A stretch of DNA of 63,920 nt, filler included, from Dimorphilus gyrociliatus (taxonomy: Eukaryota; Animalia; Annelida), in the NCBI GenBank assembly GCA_904063045.1. It is 5 parts of 5 records of this genome, joined end to end, with 100 filler letters (N's around TTAATTAATTAA, not from the genome) between each part and the next. Parts side by side here need not be neighbours in the genome. Positions count along the whole stretch, not along the records: positions 33,141 to 45,205 come from CAJFCJ010000258.1; positions 45,306 to 58,346 come from CAJFCJ010000040.1; 3 more parts are not named here. One strand, written 5' to 3'. Below are positions 35,943 through 46,972 of the stretch, one piece after another. The first letter of the stretch is position 1; every line of letters starts with the position of its first letter. A program made the translations under genes and the position numbers. Below the pieces are notes generated by a model. That model was not told where the DNA came from. It searched no databases and was given only the letters and a program-made list of their open reading frames with translations.

Positions 35943-37423
35943 CAGTGTGTAAAAAAAAAGTGGTCACCCATATTTTTGTCGATTAATATATAATTTGATT
36001 CTTTTATTCTGAATAAGTCTATACCAAATGTTTCATAATTAATCATTAAAGCTTTTCTATATTTTAAATTTTTCTGCTTATTTTACTTTTAATTATTTTA
36101 ATGAAAAATGTCTTTAAGACTGTAAAAAAAAAGTGGTCATTTATTGAAATCTACCTTCCCTCCACTTTGGTATAAAAATAAAATAGCAAATATACCCAAC
36201 ATGGGTCTACACTACTCTAACCAAAAGAAAGGAGAAATAATAGGGATGAAGAATTCAGGGATTCCTCTTAGGAAAATTTCTATAATTTTAGGGATTCCGT
36301 GTTCATCTGTACAGAAAATCGTGAAAAAGGCAGATGAATATGATAAAATAGGACATATGGGAGGAAATGGAAGGCCTCAAAAACTTACAGATCAAAATAT
36401 AGAACTTCTATATAAGGAAGTAAAAAATGATAACACTATATCTTGCAGAAAGTTAGTAGGAAAGTTGAAAGAAAAACAAGGTATAGACTGCTCACATATG
36501 ACAGTCAAAAATTACCTAAATAAGTTAGACTTTATATCGGCTTCACCGATAAAAAAACCACTTCTTCAACCAAGGCACATAATCAACCGTTTTGAAGCTA
36601 GTAAGAGGTGGATAAAAATGCCTGAAAGTAGAGTTAAAACAATGGTTTTTAGCGATGAATGTAAATTTAATTTATTAAATTCAGATGGAAATGTAAAGAT
36701 ATGGAAAACTAGAGGAGAAACTATTACTTCTAAAAATGTTCGGGGTACCCTACAATCTGGAGGAGGATCTGTTATGGTATGGGGGTGTTTTTCGTATCAT
36801 GGTGTTGGAGAAATCAAATTTATCGATGTAAAAATGGATGCAGCATACTACTGCAATATGTTAAGCTCTTGTTTGTTTAACTCGGCCTCTAAAATGGGAT
36901 TATCTGATTTTATTTTTGTACAAGATAACGATCCCAAGCATACAAGTAAGCTAGCAAAGGAATTTTTCAGAGAGAATGATATTAAAGTTGAAAGCTGGCC
37001 TTCTCAATCTCCTGATTGCAACCCTATAGAAAACTTGTGGGCAATAATCAAGGCCAAAATAGGAAATAAAATGTTTAAAACAAGAAACGAATTAAAGGCT
37101 GCTATAACAGAAGAATGGAATAAAATACAAGTAGAAACGTGTCAGAAGCTGGCTTTATCCTTTAAAAAAAGAGCATTGTTACTTTATAGAGCAAAAGGAG
37201 GATATATTATGAAATAAATGATAGTGACCACTTTTTTTTTTACAGTCTTAAAGACATTTTTCATTAAAATAATTAAAAATAAGATAAGCAGAAAAATTTA
37301 AAATATAGAAATAATTTAATGATTGATTATAAGACATTTGGTATAGACTTATTCTGAATAAAAGAATCAAATTATTTATTAATCGACAAAAATATGGGTG
37401 ACCACTTTTTTTTTTACACACTG
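35943..37423 (+). mobile_element. Intact Tc1-family element with IR-DR ends
   Basis: TA TSD (35941-35942, 37424-37425), CAGTG...CACTG ends and TIRs of about 200 bp, each bounded by the direct repeat TGTAAAAAAAAAGTGGTCA. Confidence 0.96.
36201..37217 (+). CDS. Tc1 DD34E transposase; probable start at ATG 36201
   Basis: FSDECKF, QDNDPKH and WPSQSPDCNPIENLW with 34 residues between D2 and E. N-terminal HTH. Confidence 0.95.
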   Translation: MGLHYSNQKKGEIIGMKNSGIPLRKISIILGIPCSSVQKIVKKADEYDKIGHMGGNGRPQKLTDQNIELLYKEVKNDNTISCRKLVGKLKEKQGIDCSHMTVKNYLNKLDFISASPIKKPLLQPRHIINRFEASKRWIKMPESRVKTMVFSDECKFNLLNSDGNVKIWKTRGETITSKNVRGTLQSGGGSVMVWGCFSYHGVGEIKFIDVKMDAAYYCNMLSSCLFNSASKMGLSDFIFVQDNDPKHTSKLAKEFFRENDIKVESWPSQSPDCNPIENLWAIIKAKIGNKMFKTRNELKAAITEEWNKIQVETCQKLALSFKKRALLLYRAKGGYIMK

Positions 37424-37864
37424 TATTTAATTTATATAGTAAAATTAATATATAGATTAAATATATAAAGATGATGAATTTTTGTTTGTTTTAGAAGGTT
37501 AAACGCTATTTGCATTCTTTTAAAGTTTTTAGGAACAAAGTTGTTTTTCCATATTTAAAAATCAGGCTATATATTACCCATATATAGGAAAAATATTCCT
37601 GATCTCATTCTCTACTAAAACCATTTTATAGTAATATATCAAATATAAAAGTAACTCGCTGAGAATGTTAGATTTATTTTAATTATATCTTAAGAAAATA
37701 TTCTTTATAAAAACTTTGAATCAGAGTTGAAAATTTCCACTATAGAAAAAAATTTTAACACTAATCAGTAACTTTATATCTAAATTTTAAATTATATGGT
37801 AATAATTTAAAATCTACAAATTGTTATTAATATTATTTGTATAAAATTCGACATATCATTTTAA

Positions 37865-38959
37865 TTATGCATGTCTTACTAGCCTACTACCTTTCTGTTG
37901 GGTACCGTTATCTGGTGGTGCAATTGCTATTGTTTCTACAAGTACAAGTGTTCTAAGAAGTACTGGTACACAGTTCTGTGGAACAGGTATTAGTTCAATG
38001 GTGTCACATGGAGAGATGTACTGATCTGGCAGCTTATTTATCTTTATATAGTAGAGGCATCCATTACAGAAGAAGAATAAATTTCCTAACTGGTCAGTAT
38101 AGAAACATTCAACATCTAGATTAAACTTTTCATGTAGTATTTCTTGTATTATTATCAAGTAGAATGGATTTCTTAAGATTATGGGGAGAAATATTGTATG
38201 ATATTCTTTTCCAACTGGCCCACATGGATTTTGATTAAGTAAAAATTTAGAGTCAAGACTTGATGCAGACTGAACAATCCTCTTTACTATAACCCTACAA
38301 TCATTAAAAAGATCACACTCATCAATCACGTAGGTTATAGTCTTACATTTAGCAGCCTCTGATTCTAGATAAATATCACCACATTCATCGACAGGTAGTG
38401 TATTTTGAATAACTTTAGTAAATCCCTTTTTGAAGTTAGGGCAGTCATCGGGTCCATTGTTAGGAATTAAGGCACAAAGTTCATCAATACTTCTTCTGCT
38501 TGAATTTAAATTGCGCATATTAGAATTATGTTTCAATCCTGAACCATTGTTATTATCTAAAGGAAAACATGGTGGACATGGAACACCAGGACCACATGGA
38601 GGGCATATTCCAGCTGGGCAGTCTAATTGACATACAACGAATCTAACATTAACAGGAGGAGATGCGATATCATAATCAAAAACGACTCCACTCTGATCAA
38701 CATAAGAATAAGGAACAGTTCCAGAATTGTCATTGTTTACCACAGCGCCAGGAACATTACAACCAGCTAAAAGATCTCCAAGCTCTGCCAATTCGGTAGC
38801 ATCAAAATTTGTAATATCTAGTATGTCTTGACAATCGATAGAAGGATCATTTTGTTGTGTCATAAATATTAATTTAACTGTTTGATTTAATGGAGCATCT
38901 GGACATGTTGTAAATACTAATGAAATAAGATTAGCGATAAAAAAGTTTGAAAAAATCAT
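37865..38959 (-). CDS. Cys/Pro-rich secreted protein resembling microsporidian endospore protein EnP1
   Basis: Signal peptide. N-domain ends in FVVCQLDCP, then a Cys/Pro linker, then a C-domain (TITYVID...VIVKR...KFLLNQN...ECFYTDQLGNLFFFCNGCLYYIKIN) that parallels EnP1 as recalled; not aligned. Confidence 0.6.
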   Translation of the reverse strand: MIFSNFFIANLISLVFTTCPDAPLNQTVKLIFMTQQNDPSIDCQDILDITNFDATELAELGDLLAGCNVPGAVVNNDNSGTVPYSYVDQSGVVFDYDIASPPVNVRFVVCQLDCPAGICPPCGPGVPCPPCFPLDNNNGSGLKHNSNMRNLNSSRRSIDELCALIPNNGPDDCPNFKKGFTKVIQNTLPVDECGDIYLESEAAKCKTITYVIDECDLFNDCRVIVKRIVQSASSLDSKFLLNQNPCGPVGKEYHTIFLPIILRNPFYLIIIQEILHEKFNLDVECFYTDQLGNLFFFCNGCLYYIKINKLPDQYISPCDTIELIPVPQNCVPVLLRTLVLVETIAIAPPDNGTQQKGSRLVRHA

Positions 38960-40377
38960 GTTTTCTGTTCTTCCGTGTGCTTATATACTTTTTAAATTTC
39001 CTATAATAGAAATAAAAACTTCCATTGAACAAATTATGTATGGTTTAATGGTAAAGAATAATTCCAAAGAAAGAAATTATAATTACTTATTAAATAAATT
39101 TATATTCCTCAGTTTGTAAATAGAAAAATAAATCATATCCAATAACTTGAATGCTATTGATAAAAATCTACATTAAAACTATTTAATTCTTCCTTTAAAA
39201 AAAGTAAATTATAATAAAATTTTCATTAAAGTAAAAGAATAGCATAAATGAAACCTATAATCTCATAACCAACCTTAACAATATAACTTTAAAACAATGT
39301 AAATAACAATAAGAAGAAGAAAAATTTAAAGTTCAAGTATATTCTATACAACAGTATCTGTCAAGAAATTACTCTTTAATTGAATATGTAGTTTTTTGAG
39401 TATCATATTTAAGTTTTAGTTAATCTATAGCTATAAAAATAATTATTACTTTTATGGAAGTAAAAAATAAATTTATAGAAAAGAAAAATTCTTTTATTAG
39501 AAACTATTCTCTAAAAGGCTATATTATTTAGATTGAATAAAGACTTAAAATGAGGTAATAATTTTAAAAAAGGATTTTTTATTAAATTGTTATTAAAATT
39601 AAAGTTTTGATAAAATAGAAATTAATCAAATAAGGAAAATATTGTATATATTTCAATACTTTCATATAAATTAAAATCTAGTGAATATTAAAATTTACAT
39701 ATATTTTACTTTTATTAATGATTTATAGCATAAAAAATTAAACTTTTAATAATAATATAAAATATAGTTCTATTCAGTATAAATAAAACATTTTTGAATA
39801 ACTTTTTAATAGAATAAATTAAATACTATTTAAGTTAGTAATTGAATAATAAAGAATGAAGTTTGCATTAGAAAGTAATACTATTAAAAAGTATTAGAAA
39901 ATTTATAAAAAGATATAAATTGTTGAATAAAACGATTGTTTCAGGGTTTTATTAAAATTTTGAAAAATTATTTGTTTTATACTATTTTTTAGGAATATAA
40001 AGAAAAAATAGGTTTTTATAATATCAAATTTAGTTTTTAAATAAAAAATAAACATTTGATATAAAAGTAGAAATTTTTGTTTTTATGAAGAAAGTTGATT
40101 GTGTTTGTTTTAGGCTTAAATTTTTAAAATATCAAAACATTAAATTTACTTTAATAGGAAATTGTTAAAGTGAAAGAATGAATAAGAAATGGTTTTGCTA
40201 CGTCATTTTTGAACCTTTTTTATTTGTAATTTTATGATATATAAAAAATTTGAAATTTTAATTATTTCAAAACAGGAAATTGTATTAGAATTAATACATC
40301 GTGTTTGGTCCGTATTTTTTAAATTAAAAAACAATTAAACAAACTAAGAAATGCAGCCAATTAAACTCACCCCTAAG

Positions 40378-41079
40378 ATGTTCATTAAGAATACTGGATT
40401 TCATAAAATTTATGAAGATATACTAGTAATTGGTTTTCTTTGTATGGTCTATGGAGCTAGTGATCTGTGGAAACCAGAAGAAGTGATAAAAGCGAGAAAA
40501 GACAAATTTTTAGTCAAACAGCAAACAATTAGTATACTCTCATTATACATAACAATCATCACGTTTTCAGTTAGATTCCTGTTCAAGTATAGTGATAAGA
40601 TGATATTTAGAAGGATGTTTATGTTTTTATTACCAGTTAGTTTTTGTCTTGAAAATTTAGTCACAGGGTTATTCTGGGCACTTTTTATATTTAAAAGAAA
40701 TACTTTATATAAAAAAAACGAATATGTTCCTAATTTATTCGTGAATTTTTGTGTTCATTTGATTCCCTTAGTTTTTTTAGTTATCGAGGTATTGAAACAT
40801 AAAATACATCCTTGCAAGAAAAGGTATATATCACTAACAACATTTACTGTTTTATACTTTTTTTGGATTTGGTATGGTTCTACAAGAAATGATTCTATAT
40901 GGCCTTATCCACTTCTAACATATGCACCAATGTATAAGAGAATATTAATAATAGTATTCGCATATACATTCTTTCTATTATATACTGAAGCTTTCTTGTT
41001 TATTGTTAGAAAATATAAGATAAAGAATGACATAAATGTTATACAAATAGATGAAAACCTAGAATACAACAAAGTATAA
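40378..41079 (+). CDS. FAR-17a/AIG1-like multi-pass membrane protein; probable start ATG 40378
   Basis: About six TM segments, YITIIT, LFWALF, FCVHLIP (conserved His) and WPYPLL. A CCCC motif precedes ATG 40378. Confidence 0.85.
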   Translation: MFIKNTGFHKIYEDILVIGFLCMVYGASDLWKPEEVIKARKDKFLVKQQTISILSLYITIITFSVRFLFKYSDKMIFRRMFMFLLPVSFCLENLVTGLFWALFIFKRNTLYKKNEYVPNLFVNFCVHLIPLVFLVIEVLKHKIHPCKKRYISLTTFTVLYFFWIWYGSTRNDSIWPYPLLTYAPMYKRILIIVFAYTFFLLYTEAFLFIVRKYKIKNDINVIQIDENLEYNKV

Positions 41080-41858
41080 CTTATTTTTATACTTTAAAGT
41101 GTTATGTCGAGTTTTATCAATTAAAATGCTTTATTGACTTTTTTGAAAAACATCATATTTTTTGTATTTTAATTCTATTTATACTTAAAATAAAGAAATA
41201 AATATTACCTTACTAAGAAATTTATTTTTCCAAAAAAATAATATAATAGAATTTTAATTTTTTTTAACATAACAAAAAAAAAGATGTAAATTAAAATTAA
41301 AAATTTACTTTCTTTTAATAATGATAGTCAATAAATTAATAAAAATTAAAAATGGTCTTTTTGTTTAACATAACAACAAAAAATTATATGTAAATCAAAA
41401 TTAAAAATGATCTTTTAAAATATTATTTTTTTTAGCACTTATCATTTATTTTAAAAATAAAAATAATCAATTTGGTATAATTAAATTACCATTCATAGTA
41501 ATAAATAGTTCTAGAATAAGAAGTGTCAAAACTGAATTTATTTACTAAAAGTTTAATTTTTGCATAAATAAAACAAAAATTTTAATTTTATGCTACCGAA
41601 CAACTTTTTATGTTTTCTAAGTCAAAACAGTAATAAAGACAAGAGTAAACAATTATCTAAAAACACTTATAAAGTAGATAACAATAAAGAAGAGACTAGA
41701 AAAGAAATTGAACAATCATCTAGTGATAAAGAAGAGACTAAAAAGTAAATATAAATACTAATAAGATATTCTTAAGAAGTAGAAAAAGAACTCTATCTTC
41801 AAGTTTTTTAGAAAAAATAGAAGAAAAAAAACAAAAAAATAAAAAAAAGGTAAAAAAA

Positions 41859-42674
41859 TTGTTGAACAGTTTTTTTAGTAAATTAGAAAATAAAAATAAA
41901 CAAGAATTAATATTTTTAGATATTTTTGATAAGACAAATTATCTACTAAAATTTCTAACTGTAGTAATTCTTGATTTATTTGTACAAATTCAAGATATTT
42001 ATGATGTTAATATAAATTATACTATTCTAGAATATAGATTTAATAGTAAATTTAGTAACTTAAATCCTGAAATTATAAGAATATTTAATAGAGTAAAAGC
42101 TGGAGAATATTTTAATTTAGTTTTAAATGAATTTGAAATAAATAATAGAAACTTTTCATTATACGTTGAAAATAATTGTGTTAAGATGTTTTGCTTCAAA
42201 GATTGGATAAATAACTGTTTTCTAACTCTACAAGAGGAACTCTTCTTAGGTGGAATTAGTACTTTTCAAGATATAAATGAAAATTTCTGTTTTTATAGAA
42301 AAGTTATACTAAATTGGAAAATTTTTATAAAAACTCAAAAAATAATTTATTTTTATAAAAAACCTAATAAAATGAATATTTTAAAATTTATAGATAAATA
42401 TAAAAGTGATGATATTTCATATAAAGTATTCAATGAAATATTTTTAAATATAGAAAACAACTGTTATAAAAATAGTTTAATTTTAGAATTAATTTTATTA
42501 GAAAAAAAATTAATTTTTAGATCTTTTGTTTTATTAAAACAAGATTTTCTATTTGAAAAAAATTTAAAAATAGAAAAGTTTGAAGAATTCTGGTTTTCTT
42601 TGTCGAATGAAAAAAGTTTAATTTTTGAAAATGTTTTACTATTTTTTAATTTACTAAATAATTTAAAATATTAA
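41859..42674 (+). CDS. Hypothetical protein; may extend upstream to ATG about 41590 across frameshifts
   Basis: 271-codon open frame in very AT-rich DNA; no recognised motif. Confidence 0.45.
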   Translation: MLNSFFSKLENKNKQELIFLDIFDKTNYLLKFLTVVILDLFVQIQDIYDVNINYTILEYRFNSKFSNLNPEIIRIFNRVKAGEYFNLVLNEFEINNRNFSLYVENNCVKMFCFKDWINNCFLTLQEELFLGGISTFQDINENFCFYRKVILNWKIFIKTQKIIYFYKKPNKMNILKFIDKYKSDDISYKVFNEIFLNIENNCYKNSLILELILLEKKLIFRSFVLLKQDFLFEKNLKIEKFEEFWFSLSNEKSLIFENVLLFFNLLNNLKY

Positions 42675-42679
42675 ATTCA

Positions 42680-43190
42680 TTCTATTATTTTTATATTATT
42701 CTTTTATATATAATTTATATAATTTATAAATATTTTTTATATTATTCTTTTATATATTTTTTAAATGTTTTATTCTTTAATATATAATTTATAAATATTT
42801 AATATAGTATTTTTTAAATTATTCTTTTATATTATATAATTCATATATTCTTTTAAATTATTCTTTTATATAGTATTTAATAAATATATTATTCTATATT
42901 CTTTCTTTTAAATATTTAATATAGTATTTAATAAATATATTCTTTTAAATTATTCTTTTATATAGTATTTAATAAATATATTATTCTATATTCTTTCTTT
43001 TAAATATTTAATATAGTATTTAATAAATATATTCTTTTAAATTATTCTTTTATATAGTATTTAATAAATATATTATTCTATATTCTTTCTTTTAAATATT
43101 TAATATAGTATTTTTTAAACTATTCTTTTATAAATATTTAATAAATATATTCTTTTATATATTATTTTTAAATATTTTATATAGTATTTT
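42680..43190. repeat. AT-rich tandem satellite (TATAGTATTTAATAAATATATTC... units)
   Basis: Near-perfect repeats at 42860-43110. Confidence 0.8.
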
Positions 43191-43191
43191 T

Positions 43192-44448
43192 TTAAGTATT
43201 TTTTTTAGATTCCATAATTTCTTTTTGTGTATAAACATTAAATTCATTTTCATCTTCTACAACTTCTACTAAAATATTTTCTTTTTCTAAATTATTTAAA
43301 ACTTTAAAAATTCTTTTTTTATTTTTATAAAAATCAAAATCTATTTTTTTAATTTCTTCTAAAGAATATAATATTCTTCTTTTAATTGTAATATTTGTTA
43401 AATTATTATAAACATTTATATTATAAAGTCCAAAAAGTGAATCTATCATTATTTTTTTATCTATTTTTGAAATAAAAGTAAATTCTAAAAATAAATCTGA
43501 CCAAAAGTCATCTTTTAAATCAATGTATTTCATCATTAAATAACAATAAACAATAAAATAATCTTTTTCTGTATTAAAATAATTACAAAATGCTATTTTT
43601 TCTATTTTACTCATCCTTTCTAATCTAGTAACAACATATTTTAATCCTATTGGAAAAATAAGACTTATATCTTCATTCCATGATTCTATTAAAAACACTG
43701 CAATAGCTTTTATTCTACATATTTGATAAATTTTATAAACATCTCTTAGTTCTACTTTTTTAAGTAAATTTGATTTTAATGCTCTATTTTCATAGTAAAA
43801 TAAATAAATTCTTTCATAAAATTTATCAAGAGTAGTTTTTAGTTTTAAAAAATAAAATTTTTTCTTAAAATAAAAAGTAAGAAATAATTTTGTTTTAAAA
43901 CTAATTTTTTTAGTTTTCATTATTTTTACAAAATTTATAATATTTTTAGAAGAAGATTCGTTGTAAAACATAATATCTGTAACTTCAGAAGAAATGAGTA
44001 AATCATAATAATTTTTCCTATTAATTGTTTTTCTTGATAAATTTTTTAAAAACATTTCATCTATTTCATTTTCATCTATTTTACTATTATTATTTTCAAT
44101 TTTATTTTCTGTTCTAGAATGATTTTTACTATTATTCTCTTCTATTTTACTATTATTTTCAATTTTACTATTCTCTTCTATTCTAGAATGATTTTTACTA
44201 TTATTCTCTTCTATTTTACTATCATTTTCTATTTTATTTTCTGTTCTAGAATGATTTTTATTGATTGTGTTTTGAGATATACTAAAATCACCTTCAAAAC
44301 TATTAGATTCATTGTTTATGCTATTAAAATTATCATAAATTATATTTTCATTAGAACTAAAAAATGGATTCTTTAAAGTATGTGTTGGTATTTCATCTAT
44401 TATATTTCTAGTATTACTATTTAGTATTCTTTTATTATATCCATCCAA
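43192..44448 (-). CDS. Hypothetical protein with an N/E/K/S tandem repeat (KNHSRxE...NSKIEENNS) and a helical C-terminus
   Basis: 418-codon ORF with repeats at 44090-44265. The true start is probably upstream, across homopolymer indels. Confidence 0.6.
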   Translation of the reverse strand: MDGYNKRILNSNTRNIIDEIPTHTLKNPFFSSNENIIYDNFNSINNESNSFEGDFSISQNTINKNHSRTENKIENDSKIEENNSKNHSRIEENSKIENNSKIEENNSKNHSRTENKIENNNSKIDENEIDEMFLKNLSRKTINRKNYYDLLISSEVTDIMFYNESSSKNIINFVKIMKTKKISFKTKLFLTFYFKKKFYFLKLKTTLDKFYERIYLFYYENRALKSNLLKKVELRDVYKIYQICRIKAIAVFLIESWNEDISLIFPIGLKYVVTRLERMSKIEKIAFCNYFNTEKDYFIVYCYLMMKYIDLKDDFWSDLFLEFTFISKIDKKIMIDSLFGLYNINVYNNLTNITIKRRILYSLEEIKKIDFDFYKNKKRIFKVLNNLEKENILVEVVEDENEFNVYTQKEIMESKKNT

Positions 44449-44874
44449 TATTCCTGTAATATCTTTATTTGATGTTTCTAAATTATTTCTACTTCTTTTG
44501 TTTATGCATTCTTTATTTTCTTTTATATTTGAATTTAAATTTTTACTGTTTTTTTATTTTTTTTACTTCTAGTTCGTGAAATTTTCATTAAAAGGGTTGT
44601 TTTTAGAATATAAAATACTTTTTTAAATTAATTTTTTCTTTGATTTTTTAAATATTTTTTATTTGATTTTTTAGTAATTTTTTTTTAAAAAAAATAATAA
44701 TTTCAATTAATTTTTTTGATTTTTTTAAAATATAAAATTTCAATATAATATGAATTTTTATTTATTTTTAATTAATTTTTGGCTAAATATCAACCTATTC
44801 TACGCATTAGTGTATTTCAAAATCTTATTTTTTTTTTGTATTTTCATTAAAACAGCTAAAAAATTAAAAATTTT

Positions 44875-45205
44875 AATAAAGCCTCAAAATAATTGTCTGA
44901 AAACCATCTTTTTATCATAAACTTTGATAAATATGGTAAAATTTCTGTAAATCGTTTACGATGATTAGGTACTTCGGTTTTTATAGCTCTCCAATTCCTC
45001 TCAATCGTGTTAGTATGAGCTCTTGTTATACTATTTTTATAGCTTTGTTTATGATTTATGTTATAGTGCTTGTAATTTTTTGATACTACTGTATCCTTTC
45101 CAAATATTTGTATTTACAACAGGTCCTGATTTAACATATGCATAAAATATTGCATTTATGATAATATTATCCCTTTTTACTACTGGAACTAGTATGATTT
45201 TTCTT
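44875..45205 (-). mobile_element. Degenerate Merlin/ISXO2-type transposase fragment
   Basis: Minus-strand translation gives V.KRD...YVKSG.VVNTNIWKGY...AHTNTIERNWRAIK...YLSKF, with internal stops. Truncated by the contig end. Confidence 0.75.
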
Positions 45206-45305
45206 NNNNNNNNNNNNNNNNNNNNNNNNNNNNNNNNNNNNNNNNNNNNTTAATTAATTAANNNNNNNNNNNNNNNNNNNNNNNNNNNNNNNNNNNNNNN
45301 NNNNN
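45206..45305. other. Artificial contig spacer 3
   Basis: 44 N + TTAATTAATTAA + 44 N. Confidence 0.98.
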
Positions 45306-45344
45306 GAAAACAATAAAAACATGACCATATTTAGAACTTTTCTT

Positions 45345-45702
45345 TGTCTTCAAATGTTACTTTTGTTTTTGTGAACATTGAAATTTGTGAACTATCAACC
45401 CTTAAAAGAGTATATAAACCCTACGAAATTAACAGTTGACAGTTCAGTTTTCTAACCATCAGCTAGTTGTTTAAACTAGCTTGTTTAGAACTAGAAGCTC
45501 ATTTTACTCAATACATATTCTTTGGACGAAATACTGGTGTTTTGTTAATTAATTTCTACCGAAATTGCCTTTGTTAGACTATTTGTCGACAAACTTTAAA
45601 GGTTCTATTTGGACCAGTACTTTGGCAAGTTGGTAATTGATTGGAAAGGACGATTACAGTTGTGACGAACCAGAAATTCCTACAATTACAATACAACAAA
45701 GT
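45345..45702 (+). mobile_element. Relic LTR-end plus gag start of a relative of the Gypsy family (relic 1)
   Basis: Colinear with 48235-48586. Shares tttaaaggttc..gaccagta, gtac.tttggc and the peptide PTITIQ with copy A. Confidence 0.6.
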
Positions 45703-45718
45703 GCAACATTTCTTAAGA

Positions 45719-46972
45719 TTATCTTCCATATATGGATATTCGCCAGTTTTGCTTATTATGTTGCATACTGTTTAAGAGAAAATAGAAATTTTCAATTTCT
45801 GAGTATTCATTAATTTCAATTGTTGGAGATTTTTCTCCATTTGTAGAATTATCAATTGAATCCAATTGCTCCACCTTATTTGTTAGTTCTTTTAATAAAT
45901 TTTGAAATGATTCATTTCTCTTTGCAGGCTTAGAAAAGTTAATATAAAGTTTACTTCCAAGAATTAAACCCAACCAATTTTCAGGTTCAAAATTTTCTTC
46001 CATTTTTATAGGAATAATGACTTTTCTCTTTTGAGCAGCATATTCAGCTTCTATCTGAATTCAAAATTTCAAAATTATTTTCAAAATTATATATAATTAA
46101 TAAGGAAATGTTTTACCACTCCTGCAAGATGGACTATCCTGATATTTTTGTGAATAACGAACAAGCACAACCATAGCATTTTCAACAGCTTTTGCCATGC
46201 TTTCAAGAATTGAGCCACCTTTTTAATTTAATATAAAAAATATAGTCAATATCTAAAAAAAAATCAAAGCTAACCCATAGATTCAACATCAATCCAAATC
46301 TTGAAGACTTTTGATTTAAGGAAATTACTGATTGCCAGGACAATTGGTTTATAGGACCATTGATAGCTCAACATAATATGATCAGAATTGGATTTATCAT
46401 TATTCTCTCTGATAATTTTATTGTTTTGTCTCTTCTTTTGGCTTAGCTGCCAAATTATACCTTCAAATGAGTGTTTTCTACTTGAATTGGAATTATTTGA
46501 TACTTTTGACTGGATAAAGTTGAAATGTTCTTCTTCTTTAAGAATTTTCCTGCATTTTTTATTGAAAGATAGTGTCCACAAAAATTTCACTGCACTGTCT
46601 TCTTCATCGTCATTTTGTGGAGATTTTATCACTTCTATAATCAATGGAATGTAGTCAGCAAAGAGTTGTTTATTTTTATCACTAATAGCTAACCTATTTA
46701 CAGCTTGTAATATTTCAAGAGCTGAAAAACCATCTTTCCAATGATTCTATGTTTGGAGGCTACCTTCAAGATGGTCAAATAAGTCTTTTATAACCTCTTT
46801 GCTAGCATTCGCTGTATCTAATTCATCATCTTTTATAAGATAGGCTAAAATAATTGTCAAAATCATCTTTATTTGTGGAGTATGTGGGGATTCATAATTT
46901 TCATATTGATATTGTAAATCTTGCATTATTTTGATGCCATTGAAATCTCTAATATATTTTCTAGACATATAT
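45719..46972 (-). pseudogene. ARM-repeat plus TIR-domain gene, disrupted; introns at 46219-46274 and 46051-46116
   Basis: Spliced TIR reads HIMLSYQW...WIDVESMGGSILESMAKAVENA...CRSEAEYAAQKRK.IIPIKME...WLGLILGSKLYINFS. ARM segment GFSALE..RLAISDKNK...FLWTLSF. In-frame TAG at 46747-46749. Confidence 0.85.

Noticed and set aside
43192-44448. Possible WAPL-like identity of the 418-aa protein
   Set aside because: The resemblance is only vague (disordered N-terminus plus helices) and cannot be supported without a profile search.
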